In this document: one piece after another, positions 48,739 to 61,977 of the stretch
Layout of the letters: each line of letters begins with the position of its first letter
Position numbering within the stretch: position 1 is the stretch's first letter
NCBI GenBank assembly: GCA_009103225.1
Contig: RHPI01000193.1
Coordinates: 216,294 to 280,293 of the forward strand
Direction of reading: 5' to 3'
Source of the DNA: Chlorokybus atmophyticus
Taxonomy: Eukaryota; Plantae; Mesostigma and Chlorokybus algae
Length of the DNA stretch: 64,000 nt
Notes under the pieces: model-generated
What the model was told of the DNA's origin: nothing
Databases searched by the model: none
Seen by the model: only the letters and a program-made list of their open reading frames with translations
Program-made: the position numbers and the translations under genes

Positions 48739-51700
48739 CTAATCAACACGAGCCATGAAGAGGTTGCCTGTCCGCCAGCGCCGCTGCACGTCAAAGGGCC
48801 TCCCGGCAAGCATAGCATCCACATTGCGCTCAACATTGGCGTGCACACGCAACTCTGTCGGCGACACCACCTGAGGCACATACCAAAAGCCATTGTCTTA
48901 AAAATTGTGGTGATGATGGTGTCCATGATAAGGATTGGCAAGCGATTGCACAGAGATAGTATCCACCTCAATAAGTACTTGAAACGTGGCAGCTCCGCTG
49001 CGTTCCAAGTGTGACTTCTTGTTGTCCCAACGATGTCGTGCAGCCACATCACCCACCGTAACAGCCTGCAAGTTCACTTCAAGAGTGGTCACTAAGAGTA
49101 GGTGGAATGCATACGCTCAAGTCCCTCAAATGCACACCCACTATGGCTTAATGCATCAGCAACACACTGAGCCTCAGTGCTTGACTACAAGGAACTGTTG
49201 TGCAATCCCTAAGGTGATTTGAACTGCTAAAGGAGTATAGCGCAAACAACCCGCGCAGTGTGTGGACCGATGCATGTAAAGTCGCAGCATTGCACACCTG
49301 CACACCCCCAACAAGAGGCCTCAACACAGGGTTTTTGAGCAGTCCCGATAAGGAGAGCCCGTGCGCTGTCGCAACCATTGCAATACCCCTCGGTGCAATC
49401 GTTTGCACAGCCTGCACTTCCATGTTGTTGCTGATCTCATCAACGAGAATAACCTGCCACAAAGATTGAAAGAGACAATGAGGTCATTGGAAAAAATCTA
49501 GTTGTGCACGCTTATGCGCAAGAGCAAAAGGTGTGCGCGGGAAGTTGTTGTTGACCTGTGGATTGTGGTTTTGTACGGCTTCAAGGAGGACGTCATGCTG
49601 CAGCTTTCTGTCTATCACAGGCATGCGGCGGGCTCGTCCAATGCAAGGGTGGGGTTCCTCCCCTGCACCTGATGAGGAAAGATGTGGGCTCATGATGTGA
49701 CCACACACGCACGCTTTCAAGCACGTTCTTCCCCTGCATCTGTTAAGGAAAACTGTTGGCTCATGATGTGAGCACGCACACACGCATGCATGCATGCACG
49801 GAGACACACACGCCCGCATGCACAACATCATCATCCGGGACATGTGCCCAACAACCAACCATCCAACGTCTGTACCTGCAATCTCGTTGGTCGTGTCCAC
49901 AACAACGACTCGTAGCGACAAGGTCTCGGATGTGATGCGTGCAATGTCACGCAGCAGTGTAGTTTTGCCCACACCTGCACAATAATATAAGTCACATGAC
50001 TCATTATTGTATTCAGCATATGTTAGTCCCAGTGACAAAAGTACCTGGGGCTCCTAGCAGAAGTATTGATCTTAGCATAGCATCAGGAGCAAGGCTCTGA
50101 GAGGTGGGCATAAGACGGCTTGTGAAGTCCATGATGATTCCCGCGGTACCATGCACGTGTCGCCCAATGCGGTATGTTAAGCCTTCGATCTGCATTGCAA
50201 CCATCTGAGTATTGACATTGGTTAAATGTCAGGCACAATAGCAGCAATGTGATACCTTTTCAAACCCTTGTATAGCTGATATGCGGTGCAGTGTGCCTGA
50301 CACTCCAGCCCTGTTTGCACTCGAGAAGCGCACGCCATGGCATTCCCACGCTACAACAGCATCATCAACGCGCACGTCATGACGAAGCTGATCCTCGCAG
50401 CCATCTGATTGGCCGGACACAAAGAGCTAAGTGTGAAGGTTGTAAATAAAAGTTGCCCTGCCTAACACATTCATACACGCGCGCACACACGCAGGTGCAA
50501 GTGCACGAAGACGCACACATGCGCGCATGTAGCGTGCAAAGGCATGCATATATGCAGCAAGGTACTTTGCCTGCCATGCGAAGCACGGGACGTCTGCCAA
50601 CGTCCAGAACCACTTCACCAACCAAAACGCTAAAAGCCCGTGCAGCAGCCTCAGCCACAGCCTCCTACATCGAGCAACATACACAACACATTAGCACAGT
50701 ACAGTAAGTTAACACAGTAAGTAAGCACCAGAAGTAGTGAAGTACAAACATATTAAATCTCACCTTCAGCACGGCAGGCAGGACTTGTAGCAAGCTCGCC
50801 AACTCTGGTGACTCTGAGTTGGTCTCCTTCACATCGTTTGATTCAGCATCGCTGCCTGTCATTGATGAGTTGCACTCCCTTGGTGCAGTCTTATACACCG
50901 CTGCATAGGACTCATTAAAAGTAAGCAGCAAGTCTATGCCAGGAGGCGCACGCACGGCGCTCAAGTTTGCTTCCGGGCTGATGAGTGCGGTGCTTTTATC
51001 AATGACACGCCAAGCACAAGCGTCTATGTAGCTCTCTTCCATGCGCCTGTGTAACACAAGGAGGTGCCTCACATCGGCCGCTGCGCACTCTTTCTGCGCA
51101 TTGGTGAGTGGGCGCTTGTCCCACGTTGAGTGGTGTATCGCCCCCTCGTGTGGGTTGATGGGGAGATTGTGCATCTTCAACAAACTGCTGAGGCTCTTGC
51201 TTTGCACTTGCGCTTGCTGTCAACACACGGATCATCACTACTTGCACTGCCCGCAAACGCTACAGACATGCCATGCCATGCCATGTACAGACAACTGCAG
51301 TAGTACAACGCAACATGTGTAGTAGGGGTAGGGGGGGGGGATCAAGTTGGTGTGCTGACCCTTGGCCAGACCTCATTGCTTAGCTGGTAGGACTTGGAGG
51401 TCCACAACAGTGCGCATGGTGATTCCAAACTGCTGGTGCAATGCTGCAGCATAAGGCCTTGCATCATGCAACACCTGCGGTCAGTCACAGCGAGGTGTTG
51501 TGCATGCCCGATGCAGATTTGGCACGAGAGTGCACATGTTCACCTTCAGAATGTGTTCGCTCTCCGACAACCAGCGAAGCACGTCCACAATTCTTCCAGA
51601 GTGTGCAGCGATCAGATCAAAGAGGTAGACCCTTTGCGCACTGGAGTCAACATCAGTGGCAACCTGCGCACGGCATGATATGTAGACAGCGCTCTTGCAG

Positions 51701-52691
51701 TTGCCGCTGCAGTTAGTGCATACAGTTGAGTGCCCCGAGTTTGAAGTGCACGCATGCACGCGTGGGTTTTCCTTGTGGTGTCGGAGTGCCTTCGTCTGTA
51801 TGGGTGTGGCTGTGTGTCCGTGTAAACGTGAACACTGCAAGCACTCGCGCAAGCGAGTGCGCATGCGTGTGTGCATGCATGCGTGCCAACTGTCACCAAC
51901 TACAGCACGCACCTGTATAAGACACGCCCGGCCGGCTGTTGAGTTTATGCCTTTGCAACTGACTGCAACCTCCACAGATCTCTCGAGCCATTTGCAGGCA
52001 GGGTCACATTCGGACCCATCGCTGTCAATCAGCACCACGCACGGCTCAGATGGTGATGGTAGCGATGATGATGGCAGTGATGGCTCCAGCATCTTGGGGA
52101 AGTTTGCTGCTTGTGTCCCATTGACTTCAGCGTGCTTAGCATATAGCTTAAGCACCTTCCTTGCCGGCTTGGTAAAGGTGCTTAGGTCTTTTGCTGAAAA
52201 GTTGTGCGACTGCAGCAAGAGTTGTTCCAACGCGGATGCAGCGGCCGCTTGCTTGGCTTTGCTTGCCTTGCTAGCCCTGCCAATGCCAGTTATGGGTTGC
52301 ATTCGTGGTTGTGTTGTTTTGGGTTTGAGTGTAGCCGTGGCCGTCTGCGTACTGTTGTTTGGTGTCACAACGATCTCCACGCGTAGGTTTCCGCCTTTGA
52401 ACAAGTTTAGCAGCGAAAGAGGAATGTCATTTTTGCCCCCAGTGTTCTGCACAAACAACAACGAGTCATGAGCTGTGTCTCATGTCCAAGACAACAGTAT
52501 GGGGGAACTTACTAACATGAGGTGCTGCATCACCAATGCCAAACGCGGGAAGTCCAGCCAGGAGTCAGGATCGTTGTCAGGTGCAGAGTTATCCCGCAGG
52601 GGTGCACTGCCGGTAGCCATGCGCGCACTAGCTGTGGTCTCTCAAACTGGCTGTGATCAGCAAGTGACCTTGCTGCTCAGCTTGGCACCTG
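48739..52691 (-). pseudogene. Copy B: same dsRBD/exonuclease-like/SpoIIIAA ATPase architecture, less damaged
   Basis: GIGRASKASKAKQAAAASALEQL; VAVSCKG; YLFD; HDARPY; CAAADV; EVVLDVGRRP; LLGAP|GVGKTTLLRDIAR; IGRARRMPV; VDEIS; VATAHG; ERSGAATF. Stop at 48739-48741. One 2-nt deletion near 51388 relative to copy A. Upstream exon has in-frame stops before an ATG at 52620. Confidence 0.85.
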
Positions 52692-53899
52692 CTGGGAGAA
52701 AATGGGCAAGTGCATTGAGTGCACTCTTTGCAGGCATAAGTGTAGCAACTTGTGTAGCCAAGCTGTGCATTTGGGTGCATGTGTCTACTACGCCGTAAGC
52801 AGCCAGCCTTCAGTCCTTAGCGTGCGAGTATTTTCGTGCTTGTGAGCTTGTGTCTATGTGCATGTGTGCAAGATGCTTGTGTGTGTATACACATGCGTGT
52901 TTGTGAACATGTATGCACGAGCGTGCGCTTGCATGTGTACGAGCGGTTTGCTACAAAGCTTTAGACCAGGCACGCGGTCCAATGCGTACCTGGCAACTAA
53001 TAAGCCACACATGCACCGTTGGTGCTACTCGCAGCCAGTCGACGGCAGCGTGCAACATCATACGTAAACCACCTTTCCCCAACCCACAATTCTGTGCCAC
53101 AACAGCAGTAAGTAAGTCATTATCAACAGCTGGCCACCGCCCTCAATAACAAGGGAAGGGTGCTAGCTGTGTCGATTGACAGCTCTCCAGTCCGCTTTGT
53201 CCAAGCTTCGGTAGCGACCCCGCCGATGCAAGTTCAAGCGCAACCCGCAACGCAGACGAGCATAGCAGCAACGTGAAGGCTGATGTGTACAACATGCAAG
53301 CAGCAGCTTTGGCGTATCATGTACGCAACAGCAGCATATGCGCTTACCCGGCGTCCTATGTACGCAGGCACGAAGGTGTCACATCATGTAGGCGGCCCGG
53401 CGGTGTCTGTCTGCGTGATGTACATCTTCGTGTTCAACGAAGCTTGGTGACGTGACTGGTGGACGCCGCTGACTCAGCGGCGCTGAGAGGTGTGATGTCA
53501 CGCCGCCTCTGTCCATCCCAGCTCACCGGGGTTTTGCATGGCGCTGGTGAAGGCGGCGGTGGCGGCCAACTTGGTTGACATGTGGTGAGAACGATGAGGT
53601 GTTCAGCTGTTTGACTTGAGCAAAGGAGAAGGTGAACACCTTTGCGGCTGTTGGGCTACCGCGCTGAGTACCGCAGAAGGTGCTCTCGATTTCACCTGCC
53701 TTGATTTGACTGACTGGCAGCGATGTACGCCGTTGAGCTGCTGCCATGTTTGTGATGCTGGCTCTACATGGAGTAAAAAGGATGTGTTTCGCATCCGGCT
53801 TACACTTTTTGATGCGAGCATAAGTAGTGATTATTGTCGGCATCATTTCACTCACCCAGCAGCATGCATGTTGAGGCAAGCATCTTACTTCTGTCTTGA

Positions 53900-56803
53900 A
53901 CAGTTGCAGCTTCACCACGAGGTCACTGAAGCTCAGGCTTTCTGGCTGCCAGTTAAACATGGGAGGAGGAGGACTTGGGGAGTGTAGTGACACCATGGAG
54001 CAGACGTTTGTGCAGCAAGCGTCCCAACCCAATGGCAATGCAGCCGGTAAGAGTTTGACCCGGTCTCACTCTCCTACTGACTGGCCAAGCCAGTCAATCT
54101 GTCACGGCTCAGTAAACCAAGCCAACAAGCACTGCCTGAAACAGGTTGACAACACTGACTGAGTGCATGCAGTCACTGCAGGTGAGGGGGTCAACAGCGC
54201 TAGCAACACTCAAGGCAGCATTGCGGAGCTTAGGGAAGAGATGCGCAAACACATGGCTGAAAGCAATGCAAAAATCCAGGTTATACACTCTCAGATATAA
54301 CAATGTTGTCTGTAAACATGCAAATGTAAGAGCACACTACACCTGGCTGCCCGCACAAGGCTTGATGCCATGTTGCCTGTGCCAGGAGTTGGAGAACCGA
54401 GTTCAGCTGTTGCAAGTGCGCAGCCATATTTCTGGCCAACACAACTCCAAAGACGCTTGCATACTGGAGAGCATCAAGCTGTTAGTGAGCTCACTGCAGA
54501 TGCCAGAGCAGCAGTCCGCCACAGTTGTATCCGCTCCTGCATCCAGCCAAGAGGTGCCCTGGAATCCGAGCCCTGCGAAACCTGGAGGCTTGGATGCACG
54601 AGACCCGACATACTCAAGGCCAACAGTCAATCTGACTTCCTCTGAAGCTGAGGCAATCGTGGAGAACAAGATCATTGAGGTAAGAGGAGCCAGCAACTAT
54701 GCATCGTGTGCACTGATGCACGCTTGCATGTTGTTTGCTGTGGATGCGATGGTTGGTGCTTGGGCTCGTCTGGTGTGACAGCCTGCTTTGCCAGTTTGCG
54801 ATGTACCTCTCTGGCAGCAAGAGTTGCTACTATTGAGCCAAACACAACGTCAGCGCTGCCGATCTGATAAGCATTGTATTGACTTGTAGCCGAGCGTGCA
54901 AGCGAGTGTCAACTTGCCGGCGATGATAGTGCCAAAGGAGGTGACGCTAGCGCTATCACCTGCGTCATCGGACACGACAACGCCGTTGAACGCTACCCCT
55001 GTGGCATTGGCGGCTTCCGACGGTGTGGATGCATCAGGCGAACAGTCTGAGCCATCCAGCACGTCAGCTCCTGTCGCTGATGACGGACACCGTTCAGTGA
55101 AGGGCAACTTACTTACTTCAGTGGCACGGTCAGTGAAGCCAGCAGCAAGCAATCCCGCACCTGTACTCACAAGGGTCAACAGCGGCAACAACAATGGACG
55201 CTACAGTAATGGCGAATGAGGTCATCTTACCAGACGCAGCCTTGCTGACGGTTGCCGCAAGCAAGCACTCAGCCCAACAAGTTGTGGTGCAAGACACTCA
55301 ACAACCTGCGAGTTTACCAGAAGAGATTCTTTCATCTGTAGTTGGAGGGTTATTGCGTGCACCCGCATCATGCGACGTACTTGCTGTCTGGTTGACTACA
55401 AACCTGCAGGAGCTCAACCTGACTGGTAGGCGCCTGACTGAGCTGCCTCCGCAAATTGTACAGCTCAAAAACCTTCGAGTGCTCAATCTGGCAAAGAATT
55501 TCTTATGTCGGTGGCCACCTCAGATTGACACTCTGAGCAGTCTGCAACAACTTGATGTCCGCGACAATGACTTGGATGTGCTGCCTCCGCAGATCGGGCA
55601 GCTTACAAACCTTCGAGTGCTCAATTTGGAAAAAAAACCGGTTGTCTCGGTTGCCGCCTCAGATTGGAGACTTAAGCAGTCTGCAACAGCTTCTTTTTCG
55701 CGAGAATCACCTGACAGAGCTACCAGACCAAGTTGGGCAGCTCACAAAGCTTCGTATGCTCAGTTTGAGAAAGAACCGGTTGTCCCAGCTGCCACCTCAG
55801 ATTGGTCATCTACGCAGCCTGCAACATATTGATGTCGGTGACAACAAGCTGACAGAGCTACCGCAGACTTGGCAGTTCACAAACCTTCAAGTGCTCAAAC
55901 TAGACAACAATAGGTTGTCGCGGTTGCCGCTCCAGATTGGAAGTCTGAGGAGTCTGCAACAGCTTGATGTCCGCTACAACAAGCTGACAGAGCTACCCAG
56001 TGAAATGGGGCAGCTGCAGGATTTGCGAGAGTTTGATTGTGCTTACAACCAGCTGCGCTTGTTGCCGCGCGAGATTGAGGGGTTGACTTACTTGCGACAC
56101 CTTGATCTCCGCGGGAACAATCTGAGCTATGTGCCAGCCAATATTGGAAAGCTTGCCAAGCTCAAGACGCTGGTACTCGCCTGGAACGGAGTCAAGAAGG
56201 TGCCAAGCGAGATAGGGCGACTGACAGATCTGGAAGTGCTTGACCTCAGTAGAAACGGATTGACAGAGTTGCCAAGGGCGATTGGCCAGCTGAAACGCCT
56301 GCGAGCGTTGAGTGTTCCCAAACAACAAGCTGACTACCCTGCCAAGCGAGATCAGGCAGCTAACAGCACTGCGAAAGCTTGATCTTGCTGGTAATCAAAT
56401 AAAGGTGCTGTCAAGCGACATTGGCCACCTGAGAAGCCTGCAAGAGTTGGACGTTGGGGGCAACCTGCTGACTACTTTGCCAAGCAAGATTGGGCAGCTT
56501 CACAGCCTGCAAACATTGCATATCTCACGCAACTGTCTACGAACACTACCATATGACATGGGAGGCCTTTCTCGTCTTGAGAACCTGTACTGCAGGTCTA
56601 CAAGTTTGACGAGTATTGAACTGGGTTTCGACCATCTGACACGGCTGCGAAAACTGGACCTGAGTGACAATATGCTGCAAGAGCTCCCAGAAACATTGGC
56701 ATATCCCAACAACCTAGTCCTGCTGGACATAACCGGCAACCCTATTATGGCATCAGACAAAGAGTACTTGCGACGGTTATACACCTCTGCCCTCATAGTC
56801 TAA
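53900..56803 (+). pseudogene. LRR protein: coiled-coil/low-complexity N-terminal exons plus ~20 LRRs of 23 aa in one exon; frameshifted
   Basis: Repeats of LxxLPxxIGxLxxLxxLxLxxNx across ORFs 55194-55832, 55552-56382 and 56312-56803. +1 shifts at the A8 run (55630-55637) and at CCCAAACAACAAG (~56318), and a probable third near 55200. IAELREEMRKHMAESNAKIQ|ELENRVQLLQ is coiled-coil-like. Confidence 0.85.
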
Positions 56804-59800
56804 ACCGAGTTGCGGTATGAACTGTTATAGACTCAGAAGTTCTAAGTTGAATTAAAACGTGTGCTCTCATATGTCTTTGATGCAGACTGTAAGCTGCACA
56901 GTGAGTTGACTGCTTGAGGACCAGACAATGACCAGAGTGCTGCCAGTTTGCTGTGTTAGTCTCACCTCCATGCAGCTCCAGTGGCCTCCCATCTCCAACC
57001 TTTGCATACTGCGTGGCCCATTAAGATGCATGGCGTGGCACTTCATGGAGGTCTCTCTTAACAGCTATTAACAGAAGAAACCTTGATATGAGATATTTCC
57101 CATAACATATGCTACATGCAAGGCCGTACTTACTGCATGGAGCCATGCAACAAGCATGGCATCGCACTTGCCGCCACCGCGACATGGCTTTATCCTGCAC
57201 TCACTTAGCGCGTTGCACCATATGCTGCGGCGGCGCTCGTGCAATACTTCTTGCATACCGCATGCTGTGCTCTGATGCACAGAATGTGCACACGTGTACG
57301 TCACGTACACTGTACGTGGCACAGTGTACAGCCAGAGCAGATGTCCACAAGCACGTAGTGTGCAGCGCCAAACCAACGCATAACTAACGCAGTTGGGCAA
57401 CGAAGTCACTGCGAGACAATCATCACTTTGCTGTTTGCACTGACTTGTGGTATCATGGTATCAAGCCAGCAGCGCATTACGTGTATCAAAGAGAGATGAG
57501 ACGAACCTGACTGACTTGCGCAGTCTTACCCAAGGTGCTCACCTCGTAGAGCTCTCGTTAGGGGGACTCGTTGGAACTCCTGAGTAACTTCTGCACTTTC
57601 ACACGATAGTGTTTACGCATATGCCTGTGGTGATGGTGAACGGGTATTGTGTACGTGCACTTGGTATGCTTTACCACCAATCTTTCTGTTGTGAGGTCAA
57701 GCAGAAGACTCACGTCATTGGGCCCGCCCACCTGTGAAACATCACCACTTAACCCGGCTTATGCGTAGCTTGTATAGCGGAACACAGATCGCACCCTCCT
57801 ACAAACGCATTGATGGCTCTTCGCGGAAACAATGGTGCGTGCAGTGGCCTAGCATTATCATCAGATGGACGTCAGGTGTGTCTTTCTGTCAGCTGTATCC
57901 AGTGACCAGCTGCTGTGAATGGGCCGAACTCAGCATTCTTCACATCCGAATAAGTCAGTCATGAGGACAACAGCTTGCGCGAGTCCAGCGGAGCTAAACT
58001 CACGTGTTGTTACCCTGCACAGCCCTGAATAAGACAACACGTACTGAGCAGGTGTGCAGTAGTTTGTATGCACGACACCAATTTGTCAATTGTTAAAAGA
58101 TACATACAGCAAACATCATCAGTAACCTGGCTATAACCCCTGTGTCCGAGCAGCTCAAAGAAGCAGTCGACACGGTTCCAAGCCGTACTCTTGTCAAGCA
58201 GCACACTGTCACTTAGAGGAGTGGCCAGGCAGCTTATATTTTGCCCATGCACAGCAGCAGCATACCTGGTACAACCTTCGGGCAGAGTCAAAACCCGATC
58301 GCCAGAGAGTGAGACACATTTCCAATGTGCTTCCTGATTGCATTTGCGCAAGCAAAGGCTGCGGCGACCGCACGCCTGCATCAGCACCCACGAGTCCCTG
58401 TGCTGACCGGGAATGACCACTCACGCACGCTGCGCTTGGCAACAGACAATCACAATGGACAACAAGTGGCAGTGTTTGCTTACAGCAGCAGGAGAGTTGG
58501 CCATACTTGGATTGTGTAGTAGCCACAAAGAAAATCTCTATGCACCGTATGGTAGCAATATGCAAACACGGGAGAAGACAATGGCTTTGTTTTATTTGCT
58601 GACGCTAGGAGCAGCTAACTGCAGCTGTTCCAACGGACTGAAGTATGCTGATTGCTTCATGACACGGAAGAAAGATTACTCAGACAGCGGGTCAAGAGTT
58701 TTTGAGCTCGACCGAAAGGACTACAGCATTGGCTTGGCACAATTGATGCCAAAACATGACGCGCCAGTTTGTGCGTGGTGCACTGGCTAGCTTACAGCTT
58801 ACTCGTGCTTCGACATTGTCGGACAATGCAGCTGCTGCGGATAACGCTGCATGGCATCTCCAGATCAGGCCGAGATCCACTTGCAGTAAATTGTATGATG
58901 TACTTGCAAGCTAGCTATGCAAGCCCCTGCCATGACACGGCTAGCATGCTTGCCACATTATAGCGAGCCAGCAGCCCAGCAATGCAGAGCATGAGGTACT
59001 GATATGCATTATCGCGAGACATTGCACCCTGACCTTGCACAAACGACCACACTGTGTGCATGCTTGTGCAGTGCAGTTGTCCAAGCACGTGCTTGAACAA
59101 CTGCGCAAAGCATCCTTACGCTGTCAATGCTTGTACCGTCACGGTTGCGCGGTGATCGCCGGTCGACACATGCGATGATAGGCAGCTGACAACTCCACTG
59201 TGTTTAGCAAATTGGGCAGCATGCATAGTGTGCGCCCAGCGGGAAGCTTTCTCATATGACGAACAGCTTCGAAAGGGGATGAGTAGAAGCAGCGCTGCAA
59301 GCCCTATTGCAAAGCGCTGAACAGCACGACCATGCTGGTGACCGACTAGCTGACTAATACAACGGCTTGACCACTGCTCCTATCCCCTCTTATATTCATG
59401 ATGGTTTGTTCCAAGTACTCACCTGTACAAACAACCGCAGCACAATATGACGCAACGCACTGCTGTCGTGGGACGGCTGCATTGCACGTAGACCAAGCTA
59501 GCCGAAGCATCTCTCATACTGTGGTGCGGCACTGCGGCAGTGCCGCACCAATCCTCCACAATAGTACCAGGAAGAGGCCCCATCAACAAGCACACTCTTG
59601 TACTGGCATGCACACCTGTCTATCCCCACGCTGCCAGTTGCGAAGCCCTTGCCATCCACCGCCTGCGCCACCGCAGCTGTGCTGTGCTGCTGAGGGAGCA
59701 GCAGCACAGCACAGCTCTGGGCAAGCTACTGTGTGAAAGCAGCACAGCTACGGTGGCGGCGACGGAGGAGGCGGCGGAGGGGGAGGAGGTTGTGGCAGCT

Positions 59801-60708
59801 GTCGGCGATTGCTGTGGACTATTATTCGAGCAGCAGGTTTGCAGGAATTTCAAGCCTTAGCAGGACTGAGCCTGGGTCACTCTGCGGAGCTGGACGGCAA
59901 GGCATGAGTGTGGCCTGCTCACTTCTGGGCTGAAAAGGTAGCTTGGCCTCAAGCTTCAGCAAGCTCAAGCAGGAGCTGCTGAGTGCTTAAGCGACAAAAT
60001 TCACTATTGTAGTCTCTTGTCAAGTGTTCGGCTTGAGAGATCCAGCAAGCTCCAGCAATCGCAGCTTGTAATATTGTTTGATATGTGCTGCTGCTGCTGC
60101 TGCTGCGTTTTGCATGTTGAGCATGCTGTAGGCGTATCCTGGTGACTCTGTTGTCGTTGGTGCTGGTGTCGTTGTTGTTGTTGTTGTTGTTGTTGCCTCC
60201 TCATTGTTATTGGCACGCACCCGCCTACTGCATGAGGCGGGGAGATGAAGGTGTCGGCAACGTCGCAGCGCGGCGTGCAGTACATTGCCTTGAACCTGAA
60301 GTGCAGGCGATTACGGTATGACGAAGCGGCATACTGTCTGCGGTTGGTGAATACGCTAGTGCTTCACCACTCAACGGGTGGGATACTGGACAAAGTGCGA
60401 CATGCATGTACGTGCGTGCATGCGCGCGTGTATGAGCTCATGTACCTAAGCGAGGACACGCGCACGTGCATGCAGGCATACAGATGCACATGCTCGTGTG
60501 TGCGTGTGCACCTGCATGCACTACACACGCACCCACGTGCATGTGCGTCTATGCAATTGCCGAGGGGACTGAGAACACTACCAACATTGCAGGCTTTGCC
60601 CCAGTTGCAGCAGGACGGTGCAACCATGGAAGTCGTGCGTGATGTGGCTGGCAGCGTGGAACGGCTCGCTAGCAAATGCACAGCTGAGCTGAGACACGAT
60701 CAGGTGGA

Positions 60709-60711
<3 letters not shown>

Positions 60712-60764
<53 letters not shown>

Positions 60765-60902
60765 NNNNNNNNNNNNNNNNNNNNNNNNNNNNNNNNNNNN
60801 NNNNNNNNNNNNNNNNNNNNNNNNNNNNNNNNNNNNNNNNNNNNNNNNNNNNNNNNNNNNNNNNNNNNNNNNNNNNNNNNNNNNNNNNNNNNNNNNNNNN
60901 NN

Positions 60903-60980
<78 letters not shown>

Positions 60981-61015
60981 CTCTCGCTCGCTCTCTCGCT
61001 CGCTCGCTCGCTCTC
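60712..61015. repeat. (CT)n microsatellite spanning an N gap (60765-60902)
   Basis: Directly visible. Confidence 0.97.
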
Positions 61016-61977
61016 GGGTTTGCCATCTGTAACACAATATGCTGCCAGTGACTATCATTGTGATGTTTGTAGTGTGCGTGGAGGGCCATGGAGATACATG
61101 CAAGACGGCGCCATCTCGTGCAAACTTAGAGCTTGCAGCTGGTGAAGCGGTTGGGTTCACCAGACAGGCGCGTGTGCAGCTTGTCACAATGTTACAAAAT
61201 GGCACATAGGACATCCATTTCATGCAATTCACATATGGCACGTACAATAATCATACACAGCACAAGTCCGTCATGCCGCCAACCGCGAAGGAGGTGCGTG
61301 CGTGTGTATGCACTTATGCGCTCCTGTGCAAGCTCACCTAAGCTTGTGCTGAGTGAGTTGCATTGGGTTGTTTTCATACGACGCTGAAGCCTGTTTGTCA
61401 TCATGTAGCTACTTGTACTCGCAATGGCAAACAACTAAGCCTGCTCTTGCGTGGCCGTCAACGTTGCCGCGGTTATGCAAGGCGGCCTCGCATGATGACA
61501 AAGACGACGGCGACGTCACATGCAATTGTCGTGTGTGTGGTTGCAGGCTAAGACTAGTTCATGGAGGAGGTCAAACTCCGCCCCTGGTGTCTTGCACATG
61601 CGCAATGCCTACTACGCATGTGCAAGACACGTGCTAATAACAGCACGAACTCCACGGCAAAATATGCCATACAACCTTTTTGGAACTGGCCTGTACTCAA
61701 TGTTCCGACACGCTCCCCCTCGCACAAGTTTCAAGTCCCACCATTTGTATTTGTTAACTAGTAAATTATTCAACCAGCGCACTAGTGTTCGTACCGTAAG
61801 TTCATCATAATACAACTGCCAACACACAAACCAACATCACCAAACACAACTCCCCACTTACACCTCAACCTTTTCATTCTCACCCGTAGCCGCTCCATGG
61901 CCTCCCCTCTTACTCACCCCATTATTCATGACTCTGAGGCAGAGGATGAGGCCAGCCGGCTCATCCTCCACAACATG

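Noticed and set aside
57900-58800. Decayed coding region
   Set aside because: Frames switch repeatedly and no family motif is recognisable.
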